Part shown: positions 1-8,374 of the stretch, piece after piece | How positions within the stretch are numbered: position 1 is the stretch's first letter | How the letters are laid out: every line of letters starts with the position of its first letter | NCBI RefSeq assembly: GCF_008000775.2 | Contig: NZ_CP042905.2 | Location: 2,760,001-2,792,000, forward strand | Reading direction: 5' to 3' | From: Promethearchaeum syntrophicum | GTDB lineage: Archaea > Asgardarchaeota > Lokiarchaeia > Sigyniarchaeales > Promethearchaeaceae | Length of the DNA: 32,000 nucleotides | Notes under the pieces: generated by a model | The model's input: only the letters and a program-made list of their open reading frames with translations | Databases searched by the model: none | What the model was told of the DNA's origin: nothing | Position numbers and translations under genes: made by a program

Positions 1-2883
1 TTTTTAAAAAAATATTTAAGAGATAGTCAATTCACAAGTTATTTTAAAGAAAATACATATACTGGAGATAGTATTAGACAATTACTTTCAGATGATATTC
101 AAAATAAAGTTGATTTAAAACTACAAAAAGAAAAAATAGTTAAAGAACTTGAATCAAAAAAAAAAAAAGATATCTTGGACTTAGAGAGAAAAAAAAAAAA
201 ACTTATTATTACTGAAAAAAAGAAGAAAGAAGAAATAAAAACATATTTTGAAGAAAAAGAAAAAAATTTTAAATCAATTATCGATGAATCTAAAGAAGAA
301 TCAGTCGAAAAATTAATAAATTCATACAAAAAAAAATCCAAACCATTTTATTGCTCTGAAGAATGGTGGGAAAGGCTAAATCTTGACGCAAATCCATTTC
401 CAGGAAATAACATTGGATTACAAGGAATTGATAAGTCCTTATATGAAGAAATTATAATTAAACTCCCTATATATGACAAATATACAAATATTATTGTTAA
501 TAATCGAAAAAATCTTTTTGGAAAATCTATTTTTCTTTATGCCGATTATGGTGGAGGTAAATCAACTTTTTTTGATTATTTAAATATTGAAATTTTAAAT
601 GCTGATATTTTACCAATTAAAATATTAATAGATCCAGATATTGATGCTTTCGATATAAAAAAAAATTTTCGAAAACGTTTATACTACAAAATTTCGAAGG
701 AATTTATTAAAAAATTTGGAGTTTTACCCGATAATGATTATAATATAGAAAATACAGTAAAAAAAATGCAACAACTTATTGATTCAACATTTTATTCTGG
801 ATTTGTTATCTTTATCGATGGAATTCACAAAACAACCAACCCCAAAGCATCTTTGGAATTTTTGAAGTTGCTTCAAAATACTATTGAATATTTTTTTGAT
901 GAAGATTTAAAAGTATGCTTAATCGTAGCAGGTAAAAAGGAATGGATAGATCAATTAAAGAAAGGTGGTGAATATTCAGGATCATTTACTATATTTGAAG
1001 AAATGCAAAATCCAAATCCAATACAAGCTTATGAAATGATATATAAAAGATTGAAAGCTTTTTCAAATTCTGAACTATCTTTTGAGAGATATATAAATGA
1101 AAATGATATAAAAAACTTAATTCAAATTATCAGAGAAGAATACAAAAGAAATATTACATTTAGAGATATTATCCAAGAATTCACAGAAAGAATTAAAACT
1201 GATAAACTGGGTCAAATAAAATTATATCTCCGTTTAAATGAAAATGATTTATTTAAAATTTTAGAAAGATTCAAGGTAAATGAAGAAATTTTTTCAAGTT
1301 TAAAAGAAATCTCTCCAAAAAACTACCCAAAAGAAATTTTAAATCTCTTAGGGATAATTGATCAAGAACAAGGGATTCACGAAAATTCAGATTGGTTTAA
1401 AGATAACATAGATTTATTTTCAATACTCTCTAAAAATAACTTAATAATGAAGAAATCTTCTTCTTCTTCGTTTAAATGGATTTTAAAGAAAAAATTTGGA
1501 AAATTGGTTAAAAATATTGAAGAAGATTATGGATACCAATTGAGGCATTATATAAATGATCTATTTACTCTTAGAAAACCGGATCATCAATCTTTTGAAA
1601 ACCAAGTGTTTGAAGAATTAGAAAAACTGAAAAAACTTGCCTATGCTATTGAGCCTTATAAATCTGATTTACTAAATACATACAATTATATAAATGAACC
1701 TTATATGAAGTTATTAAAAGCTTTAAAATATGAAACCTCCTATAAAAATGAAGGATATAAAGGAATTGTTGAACATTCAGAATTTATTTTAATGAGACTT
1801 CTTAATAATATTAAAAAAATAACAAACGAATACGTTTCCCCAGATATTACCCCTGATTTAATTCAAGATTTTAGTCAATCATGGTTATCTAACCAATATT
1901 TAACTGATTTCATTATAGAATTAAATGATCTTAAATCCAAACAGATTTTAATAAAATCTGAAAGAGAAAAATATCTTGTTTCATTTAAAAAATGCTTTAC
2001 TTCTTTAATCCGTTGCATTGAAACACAGAATGCTAGAAACTCAATTACAATAATTGGAAATTCATATTTATCTAATAATGATAAAAGAATTTTGGACGAA
2101 TGTCGAAGATTCTATTTAATCCAAGATTACACCAACACAATTAATATTTTGTGGAAATATTTTGAAGAAAAAACACGCTTGTTCATTTTCAATATCTATA
2201 CTATTCTATATGGACAAAAATGGCAGAGTATTATTGGAAAACCTATATTGGAAGATATTAGAAAACAAATGAATCAAGAAAAAAAAACAGGAATGGACTT
2301 ATCCTTAACAGAATTGAATATTTTATTTTTTGCTGATCGAAAGCATTATCAAGATATCATTAGTCCAAATTGGAAAACAGTTTTTGGATACATTTTTCGA
2401 TCGTTCAAAGACAAAAAAGAATTTAATATATTCATAGAAGATCTAAGAAATTTAGCAACAAAAGAAGTTCATAATCGTCCATATGAAATAATTCGACAAG
2501 AACACGAGAAATTAAGGACAGTTTTGACCAATTCTGTCAAATTTTTTAAAGATTTAAATAACTCCTACAACCTATTTTTAAAAGAAGAAAGCTTCCTTAG
2601 AGACGATAATAAAATTAGTTTTAGTTTACATAAATTCCTTGATAGTCAACATCTTACTCAATATATTTGCCAACCTAGCAATATTAATCAAGTAGAGAAA
2701 GAATTTAATAGATTGATAAAGAACAATCGAAAAATTGATATATCTTCCCAAGAAGATATTCAGAATATTTTAAACTGTGATTATAGAACATTTTTTGTGG
2801 TATTATTTTTAGGGGTTCAAAATAACCTTTGGACTTTTAAAATCTCACAGGGAACAATTCTTACTTTGAAAAACATTAAATAA
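1..2883 (+). CDS. Large P-loop NTPase with an AAA+/Orc1-Cdc6-like ATPase core and a long unassigned helical C-terminal region; the 5' end is truncated by the window edge
   Basis: Frame 1 is open from nt 1 (FLKKYLRDSQFTSYF...), so the TTG at 175 in the ORF track is probably not the real start. Walker A-like LYADYGGGKST lies at nt ~547-567 and Walker B-like GFVIFIDG follows. CLIVAGKK and AYEMIYKRLKAF resemble sensor/lid elements of Orc1/Cdc6-type AAA+ proteins. The N-terminal part is Lys-rich and encoded by two A13 runs. About 600 aa of the C-terminus has no motif I can name. Confidence 0.55.
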   Translation, partial: FLKKYLRDSQFTSYFKENTYTGDSIRQLLSDDIQNKVDLKLQKEKIVKELESKKKKDILDLERKKKKLIITEKKKKEEIKTYFEEKEKNFKSIIDESKEESVEKLINSYKKKSKPFYCSEEWWERLNLDANPFPGNNIGLQGIDKSLYEEIIIKLPIYDKYTNIIVNNRKNLFGKSIFLYADYGGGKSTFFDYLNIEILNADILPIKILIDPDIDAFDIKKNFRKRLYYKISKEFIKKFGVLPDNDYNIENTVKKMQQLIDSTFYSGFVIFIDGIHKTTNPKASLEFLKLLQNTIEYFFDEDLKVCLIVAGKKEWIDQLKKGGEYSGSFTIFEEMQNPNPIQAYEMIYKRLKAFSNSELSFERYINENDIKNLIQIIREEYKRNITFRDIIQEFTERIKTDKLGQIKLYLRLNENDLFKILERFKVNEEIFSSLKEISPKNYPKEILNLLGIIDQEQGIHENSDWFKDNIDLFSILSKNNLIMKKSSSSSFKWILKKKFGKLVKNIEEDYGYQLRHYINDLFTLRKPDHQSFENQVFEELEKLKKLAYAIEPYKSDLLNTYNYINEPYMKLLKALKYETSYKNEGYKGIVEHSEFILMRLLNNIKKITNEYVSPDITPDLIQDFSQSWLSNQYLTDFIIELNDLKSKQILIKSEREKYLVSFKKCFTSLIRCIETQNARNSITIIGNSYLSNNDKRILDECRRFYLIQDYTNTINILWKYFEEKTRLFIFNIYTILYGQKWQSIIGKPILEDIRKQMNQEKKTGMDLSLTELNILFFADRKHYQDIISPNWKTVFGYIFRSFKDKKEFNIFIEDLRNLATKEVHNRPYEIIRQEHEKLRTVLTNSVKFFKDLNNSYNLFLKEESFLRDDNKISFSLHKFLDSQHLTQYICQPSNINQVEKEFNRLIKNNRKIDISSQEDIQNILNCDYRTFFVVLFLGVQNNLWTFKISQGTILTLKNIK

Positions 2884-2905
2884 TTTTTTAAAATTTTTAG
2901 TTATT

Positions 2906-4009
2906 TCAAGTAATTCTTTTTCGATTAAAACTGATTTTTTTAAAGTAATTCAAACAATTTTGATAATGCAACTTCAATAACTGGTTGAAATTTGAAATAT
3001 GGAATTTTAGATCCTCAAAATCACCAAAGAAGCGATTTATAAACTCATTATCAAGATTTCGTTCTAAAACCCTACCTAAATATTCTTCATTGACAATAAA
3101 GTTCCTTTTTTTCCGATTGCACTCTTGACAAGCACCTACAATATTCCAAATTTTTGAATCAAAAAGATAATCATACGGTACAAAATGATCTGCCTCGGGA
3201 GTATTACTCATATCATCCCCGCAATAAAAACATCTGTTTTCCTGATAAGAATATAGCTTTTTTTTCTCAATTGCTGATATATTCCGCATTTTGGTGTACG
3301 TTCGATCAGCAATCATAAGCTTCTTCTGAAGATTCGGAATTAAATTCAGTGTTTCTAAAAAAATCGCCAAATTGGCTAAAATTGCACTTTCAAGTAAAGG
3401 TCTTTGTGTTTCTATAAAGTGAACTATGTTTTCTGGGATGCCAATATATTTGATATCGACCCAATGTTTTCCCAGGTCCTTAAGAACCCTATTAAATTCC
3501 ATCTCGTCCTTTAGATTCTGTTTAATATCTATAATATTTAAATTAACATCATAAAAATCATAGATATACATATCTTTTCGTAAGAGATAAATCACATTAC
3601 GAAAAAGTTGTTTCATTATTTGTTTTATACATCCATCTGGAATATTTTGGGGAATTTTCTCGCCTGAATCATTTGGAAAATATTCGTCAATTATCTCATA
3701 GAGTTTAACCGAACGATTTTTAGACCTCAATTGCTTCAGTTTGAATTTCTTATACAATACAAAATTAAACCTGAAAAAATATCGGGCTATCTGCTCTATA
3801 GAAATGAAATGAATCTGATTTTCTTTGTCAAGTTTGTGAAGTTTGGTAAGTTTACCTTTTTTTAGGTAGTATATAATAGATTTAAACAGAATGGGCTTAT
3901 AACTCGATGTAAGCGAACCACGGTGGAAAAACTTTGAAAACTCCTGTGCAATTTGCTGATAATCATAACTATTTATTTGCATTATTTTAAATCTCCATTT
4001 ATTACCCAT
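2906..4009 (-). CDS. HNH-family nuclease with an unassigned ~250 aa N-terminal domain
   Basis: The C-terminal HNH/zinc-finger signature is CFYCGDD...EADHFVPYD...WNIVGACQECNRKK (aa 260-303, nt ~3101-3232). An internal ATG at nt 3982 overlaps the stop of the upstream PD-(D/E)XK gene as TAATG. The real start may therefore be 3982 (358 aa), with translational coupling. Confidence 0.75.
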   Translation of the reverse strand: MGNKWRFKIMQINSYDYQQIAQEFSKFFHRGSLTSSYKPILFKSIIYYLKKGKLTKLHKLDKENQIHFISIEQIARYFFRFNFVLYKKFKLKQLRSKNRSVKLYEIIDEYFPNDSGEKIPQNIPDGCIKQIMKQLFRNVIYLLRKDMYIYDFYDVNLNIIDIKQNLKDEMEFNRVLKDLGKHWVDIKYIGIPENIVHFIETQRPLLESAILANLAIFLETLNLIPNLQKKLMIADRTYTKMRNISAIEKKKLYSYQENRCFYCGDDMSNTPEADHFVPYDYLFDSKIWNIVGACQECNRKKRNFIVNEEYLGRVLERNLDNEFINRFFGDFEDLKFHISNFNQLLKLHYQNCLNYFKKISFNRKRIT

Positions 4010-5163
4010 ATGTCACATTTTGGGTCGTAATCTTCAAATTTTCCGCTAAAACTACTACTCGATCGATTATCACTGAATTTTATGGAACACAGAATTCCCA
4101 AATGCAGTAATTGGATTTTAAAAGCGAAATATATGTTTCGATTTAGATTTTTTTCAAGTATCTCTCTAGATTTTAATTTTTCGTAGTCTCCTTCCTGGTA
4201 ATATTTTCTAATTTCCTCAAAATCCATCTTCTTATTACAAAATATATTAATATACATAGTGGGGTATGATTTGATAACGACTTCTAAAATTTCATCCATT
4301 GAAATCTCAGTACGGTTAAAACTATATAGAATCTTCAGAAATTGCTGATATTCAATTTTTCGTTCATAGAGAGTTCTGATCATATAGGCTAATTCAGGTT
4401 CTTCATCGTATAGTTTTTTATTTCCCTTCAATGATTTCTTAATTTTAATCAATATCTTATTATTATATCCCATTTTTAAGAGAGATTTGCAAAATCCTTC
4501 ACCAAGGGGAGTAAGAGAAAAATTATTGTTTGCTTCTTGAAGAAGCCCTAAATACAGACATCCATTTATGACATGAGAATCTTTAAATAAATCAACACCC
4601 CAATCTCTGGTAATAATTGTTTGTAATGATGATTTTTCAATGGGATTTGATAAGGATGTATAGAATATGGGAGAAATATAATTCAATACCTGTGTTTTTC
4701 CGAGTTTAACTAATCTTATAGATGGCTTTTTTTCCGCAAGAAGAAGCTCTATAGTATTTGAGACATCATTTAAAAATATTGGAGCATAGGAAAATCGTGG
4801 CTCGATTTGTTCTATATTTCCAGATTCATCAACTAAAAATAGCCCCAATCCAATAGATTCAATTAAATCACGGTATCGTTTTAGCTTAAATCGTGCAGCT
4901 GCAATATAGGAATACATAACACCTTTTTTATAGATTAATGCTTGACCGATGGCTTTTTCAATGTTATCAATACCTTTTGCTTCTATTGCAAAAACTCGAT
5001 TATATTTATCGACACCAAAGATATCTGGAGCATGCCCATCGATATTTAAACGGAATTTATTGAAGGAAAGATGTTTCAATGTTGGATGTGTATCGATCCA
5101 AAAATGAGTGGTATTTTTCTTCAAATGATTGCAAACAGACTCGATTACAAATGGTTCGTTCAT
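3982..5163 (-). CDS. PD-(D/E)XK-fold nuclease (putative restriction endonuclease subunit) with a helical C-terminal region
   Basis: The N-terminal signature is HAPD47IFGV...FAIE61AK63G followed by QALIYK (nt ~4975-5025), the classic PD...ExK arrangement. The gene lies directly downstream of the C5 methyltransferase on the same strand, and its stop overlaps the HNH gene start. Confidence 0.6.
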   Translation of the reverse strand: MNEPFVIESVCNHLKKNTTHFWIDTHPTLKHLSFNKFRLNIDGHAPDIFGVDKYNRVFAIEAKGIDNIEKAIGQALIYKKGVMYSYIAAARFKLKRYRDLIESIGLGLFLVDESGNIEQIEPRFSYAPIFLNDVSNTIELLLAEKKPSIRLVKLGKTQVLNYISPIFYTSLSNPIEKSSLQTIITRDWGVDLFKDSHVINGCLYLGLLQEANNNFSLTPLGEGFCKSLLKMGYNNKILIKIKKSLKGNKKLYDEEPELAYMIRTLYERKIEYQQFLKILYSFNRTEISMDEILEVVIKSYPTMYINIFCNKKMDFEEIRKYYQEGDYEKLKSREILEKNLNRNIYFAFKIQLLHLGILCSIKFSDNRSSSSFSGKFEDYDPKCDIWVINGDLK

Positions 5164-5323
5164 CTCTTATGATTACCTTATCACTTTTTGTTATAAATGC
5201 TTTTCTACTTTAGAATACTGTGCTATAGTAAACAAATAGTGTAAATGATAAAAAAAATTCCAGATCTTTATAAGGTTTTTACATGTTCAAAATTAAATAA
5301 TTTTAGAAGAACATACCGAACGA

Positions 5324-6592
5324 TTAATAAAAATCTTCAAAATGCCGATATTTCAGAATTTTTTTTGAGAAATATATTCTTTTCGTGGTAATTTTATCGA
5401 GTATTTCATATTTAATTAGTTTCCGAAACGATTTCTTAAAATCTAAATAATGCAAATTAAAATCTTTACATACGTTTTCTAAAGATTGAATAGGAATAAT
5501 TCCTGTTTTTGAAATATAATTTCCAATTAATAAGATTTTAAGTACTTGATATTCCAATTTGGAAAGATCATTAAACTTTTTGATTTTTCTTTCATAGATA
5601 TCTTTTTTCACAATGGAAAAATGTTTATATATCTCATTCCCGATTTGATTTATAACTGGTACAGATACAGTATTTCCTATTTGTTTGTATTGCTCTGTTT
5701 CCGAGATATTTTCTGGAAATGTAAAAGTACTTGGAAATCCTTGGACTTTTAAAAATTCATTTGGAGTTAATCGACGTATTAATTCTGAATTTCTCATTGA
5801 TGGTTTATATATACCAATTTTTTCCCATTTTATATTTTCTTTGCTTTCTTTTATTAAATTACGTTCTCTACCCATTCCTCCACATACAATAGTATTTGCA
5901 ATTCCGCTTTTAGGAATGACTTGAAAACCAAATCCATTTCCTTTTTCTTGATGTCTTTTTTTATGTTTTTTTAATCCGTTAAGATATCTTTGAGATAATA
6001 AATATTTTGAAGATATTTGTTTTTTTAAGCAGTTTTTGAGTTGGATTTCTCTTCTAACGGGTTCAGGAAAAGTAAAATCCGTATAATTTTTAAAACAAAC
6101 GATATAAAGTCTTTCTCTTTTTTGAGGTACGTTATAATTGGCAGAATTGAGAACCTTAAAAAAGACATAGTATTCAAGAAAATATTCAAGTTGGTTCAAA
6201 ATCCATAGAAATGTTCTTTTCTTATTATGGGTTTTTAGGAACTTTACGTTTTCAAAAAAAACAACTTCAGGTTTTTTGATATTTATAATATCAAATACTT
6301 TAAAAACCAACCTGCCTCTTTCGTCCAGAAATCCTTTACGTTTACCTGCAATGGAGAATGCTTGACATGGAAAACCAGCTAGCAAAATATCAAAATCTGG
6401 GATTTTTTTAGGTTTAATTTCTAATATATCTGTGTTTTCGGGTTCATGATTAAAATTATGAAAATAAGTTCTACGCGAATATTCGGATTTTTCACTAGCA
6501 TATATAATTTTTATATTCTCTCCGAAAGCTTGTTCGATTCCAAGCCGAATTCCTCCAATTCCCGCAAACAAATCAATCGCTTTTATAACCAT
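5324..6592 (-). CDS. DNA (cytosine-5)-methyltransferase
   Basis: All canonical C5-MTase motifs occur in order: I DLFAGIGG, IV GFPCQAFS, VI ENV, VIII QKRERLYIV, IX RRLTPNEFLKVQGFP, X YKQIGNTVSVPV. An extra ~95 aa C-terminal tail follows motif X. Confidence 0.92.
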   Translation of the reverse strand: MVIKAIDLFAGIGGIRLGIEQAFGENIKIIYASEKSEYSRRTYFHNFNHEPENTDILEIKPKKIPDFDILLAGFPCQAFSIAGKRKGFLDERGRLVFKVFDIINIKKPEVVFFENVKFLKTHNKKRTFLWILNQLEYFLEYYVFFKVLNSANYNVPQKRERLYIVCFKNYTDFTFPEPVRREIQLKNCLKKQISSKYLLSQRYLNGLKKHKKRHQEKGNGFGFQVIPKSGIANTIVCGGMGRERNLIKESKENIKWEKIGIYKPSMRNSELIRRLTPNEFLKVQGFPSTFTFPENISETEQYKQIGNTVSVPVINQIGNEIYKHFSIVKKDIYERKIKKFNDLSKLEYQVLKILLIGNYISKTGIIPIQSLENVCKDFNLHYLDFKKSFRKLIKYEILDKITTKRIYFSKKILKYRHFEDFY

Positions 6593-6626
6593 TATTTAAT
6601 CATTTACAATAATTTTATTTAATAAC

Positions 6627-7292
6627 CTATTGGTTTATATGATTCAGAAAATTGTAACAATTTTCTTTTAATTTACAAATGGAACAATGGGGATTTAAAG
6701 GTTTACATATAATTGCTCCAAAATCGATTAAAGAATAATTATATTTTTTAAAGTTTTTTTCCGGTAAAAGTCTTTCGGCTAAATTCCAAAATATCGGATC
6801 GTATTTATGATTTTTATTATCATTGGTTAAAAAGAAAAATCTTTTGAAAATTCTTATTATGTTGGAATCAACTAAGGGAAGCTTAATATTTTTACCAAAA
6901 CAGATTATTGCATGAGCCGAATATTTACCAATTCCTGATAATTTTAAAAAATCAGCAATTTTGAAGTCCCTGAAAGATTTCTCATTGTTTCTTATTGAGT
7001 TTATTGCATTTTTTAGAAATGTGGCCCTTTTTATTAATCCCAATTTCTTAAAAAAATCGGTAAAATCACCTTTATAAAGGAGTAATGCATTAATATTTGG
7101 GAAAATTTGAATGAATTTGTTATAAGACTCAATAATTTGAGATGCTTTTGTTCGTTGTAAAAAAAATTCGCTTATAAAAGCTTTATATACATTCGGATTA
7201 ATACGCCATGGAAATGATCTTAGATTATCAGAACCCCAATTGAGTATTTGTGTTGTAAAAAATATCTTATTAGATACACTTAAAATCATCAT
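6627..7292 (-). CDS. HhH-GPD DNA glycosylase with a 4Fe-4S cluster loop (endonuclease III/MutY/Mig superfamily; probably a Mig-type T/U:G mismatch glycosylase)
   Basis: The helix-hairpin-helix is LSGIGKYSAHAIICFG and the catalytic Asp region is LPLVDSNIIRIF. The C-terminal cluster is CKPLNPHCSICKLKENC, with spacing C-x6-C-x2-C-x5-C. The gene sits immediately upstream of, and on the same strand as, the C5-MTase. Confidence 0.8.
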   Translation of the reverse strand: MMILSVSNKIFFTTQILNWGSDNLRSFPWRINPNVYKAFISEFFLQRTKASQIIESYNKFIQIFPNINALLLYKGDFTDFFKKLGLIKRATFLKNAINSIRNNEKSFRDFKIADFLKLSGIGKYSAHAIICFGKNIKLPLVDSNIIRIFKRFFFLTNDNKNHKYDPIFWNLAERLLPEKNFKKYNYSLIDFGAIICKPLNPHCSICKLKENCYNFLNHINQ

Positions 7293-7361
7293 TTTTCAAA
7301 ATAATAATCAATAATCAATAAAGGTTTTTAAGAATTAAACTAAAAATAATTATATAATAAA

Positions 7362-8372
7362 ATGCAAAAATTCCAAAATAGAATAATTATTGATCCCAAA
7401 TTTTTTTTGTCAATAGAAGAATTATCAAAAAAAAATATAGATCTTTCCAGCAATTTTGAAAAATTTCCACTATATTCTGGTGAATTCCTCAATGAAGGAA
7501 GTCTATCTTTTAATAGTATCGAAGTAAAAAATCTATCAGTAGAAAAAGGCCAAAAAATATCCAATGACTACATTATCGGAGCATATGATGAATCTATAAA
7601 TAAATATAATGGATTGGCAGGAAATGCGTATTTAATATCTCATACATATGTATATATTGGAAACAAAGACTACATCCCAGCAATTTATTTAAGTTTTTTT
7701 TTCTTTTCAAGATCCAAAGAAATAGCAGTGAACAATACTAACTTGATATATTCAAAAGATTTGGAAAGTGAAGCAAGGAAGTTAATGCATATTCAAATGT
7801 TGGAGTTTTTAAAGGAAAATTCAATAAAAAATAGTATATTATTGATAGACGGCCCAATTTTCACGGGTTCATTATCTACCAAAACGATCGATTTTAACGA
7901 ATATATGGTTGAAAAAAATATTCTACCAATCTATATTGTAAAAAATAGTATAAGCAATCTAGTAAGTGATAATGTTTTTTCATTAAAAAATAAATATAAT
8001 AGCGATATGCATTGGGCATATAAATTTTTGAAACCAGGTCAAAGATCGAATTTTTTCATTTATGAGGAAAAAAAAAGCAAGAGAAGAACAAAAGTATTTT
8101 GTTATCTAAAAACTTTTGATATTAGTCCAGTCAGAATTGAAGTTTACAAAAACATTTATTTAGGAAAACAAGAATTAGTTGAAAATCTTATGCATCTGAT
8201 TTATTTTCTCATTATAGTTCAAGGAGAAAAACAAAATCCCCAACCCAGACCTATTATAATAGCGGAAAGGTTTTCAAGAGAAAGTATTAAATTATTCAAT
8301 TTAAATAAACTAATGAGGAAAATAGGTATAGAAGGAATTATGAATCAAAATAGAAATATGGTGAATTTTTAA
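7362..8372 (+). CDS. nurA: NurA-like 5'-3' nuclease
   Basis: NurA-type motifs occur in order: IIGAYDES (first acidic motif), ESEARKLMHIQMLEF, ILLIDGPIF, IVKNSISNL, SDMHWAYKFLKPGQRSNFF, KVFCYLKTFDISPVRIEV, RPIIIAERFSRESI. The gene ends 2 nt before the HerA-like gene. Confidence 0.7.
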   Translation: MQKFQNRIIIDPKFFLSIEELSKKNIDLSSNFEKFPLYSGEFLNEGSLSFNSIEVKNLSVEKGQKISNDYIIGAYDESINKYNGLAGNAYLISHTYVYIGNKDYIPAIYLSFFFFSRSKEIAVNNTNLIYSKDLESEARKLMHIQMLEFLKENSIKNSILLIDGPIFTGSLSTKTIDFNEYMVEKNILPIYIVKNSISNLVSDNVFSLKNKYNSDMHWAYKFLKPGQRSNFFIYEEKKSKRRTKVFCYLKTFDISPVRIEVYKNIYLGKQELVENLMHLIYFLIIVQGEKQNPQPRPIIIAERFSRESIKLFNLNKLMRKIGIEGIMNQNRNMVNF

Positions 8373-8374
8373 AA

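Noticed and set aside
99-341. An 80-aa minus-strand ORF rich in Phe/Ser. Similar antisense ORFs occur at 7340..7564, 9364..9588, 11761..11943, 15160..15351, 15873..16103, 20498..20695, 22486..22683, 25018..25221, 28305..28505, 29373..29642 and 30295..30504.
   Set aside because: All lie fully inside, or largely antisense to, much longer ORFs that carry clear family motifs. Their low-complexity Phe/Ile/Ser composition is what the reverse complement of Lys/Glu/Asn-rich coding DNA produces. They are shadow ORFs.
2444-2478. LRNLATKEVHNRP in the C-terminal part of the large ATPase, considered as a HEPN Rx4-6H RNase motif.
   Set aside because: The spacing from R to H is 7 residues, outside the usual 4-6, and I cannot verify the surrounding helical context by eye. 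It is too weak to call.
5546-5924. Two plus-strand ORFs (68 and 79 aa) antisense to the methyltransferase gene. I considered them as possible controller (C) proteins of the R-M system.
   Set aside because: They are entirely embedded in the MTase coding region, lack any HTH-like sequence and have shadow-ORF composition. A C-protein would be expected in an intergenic position.
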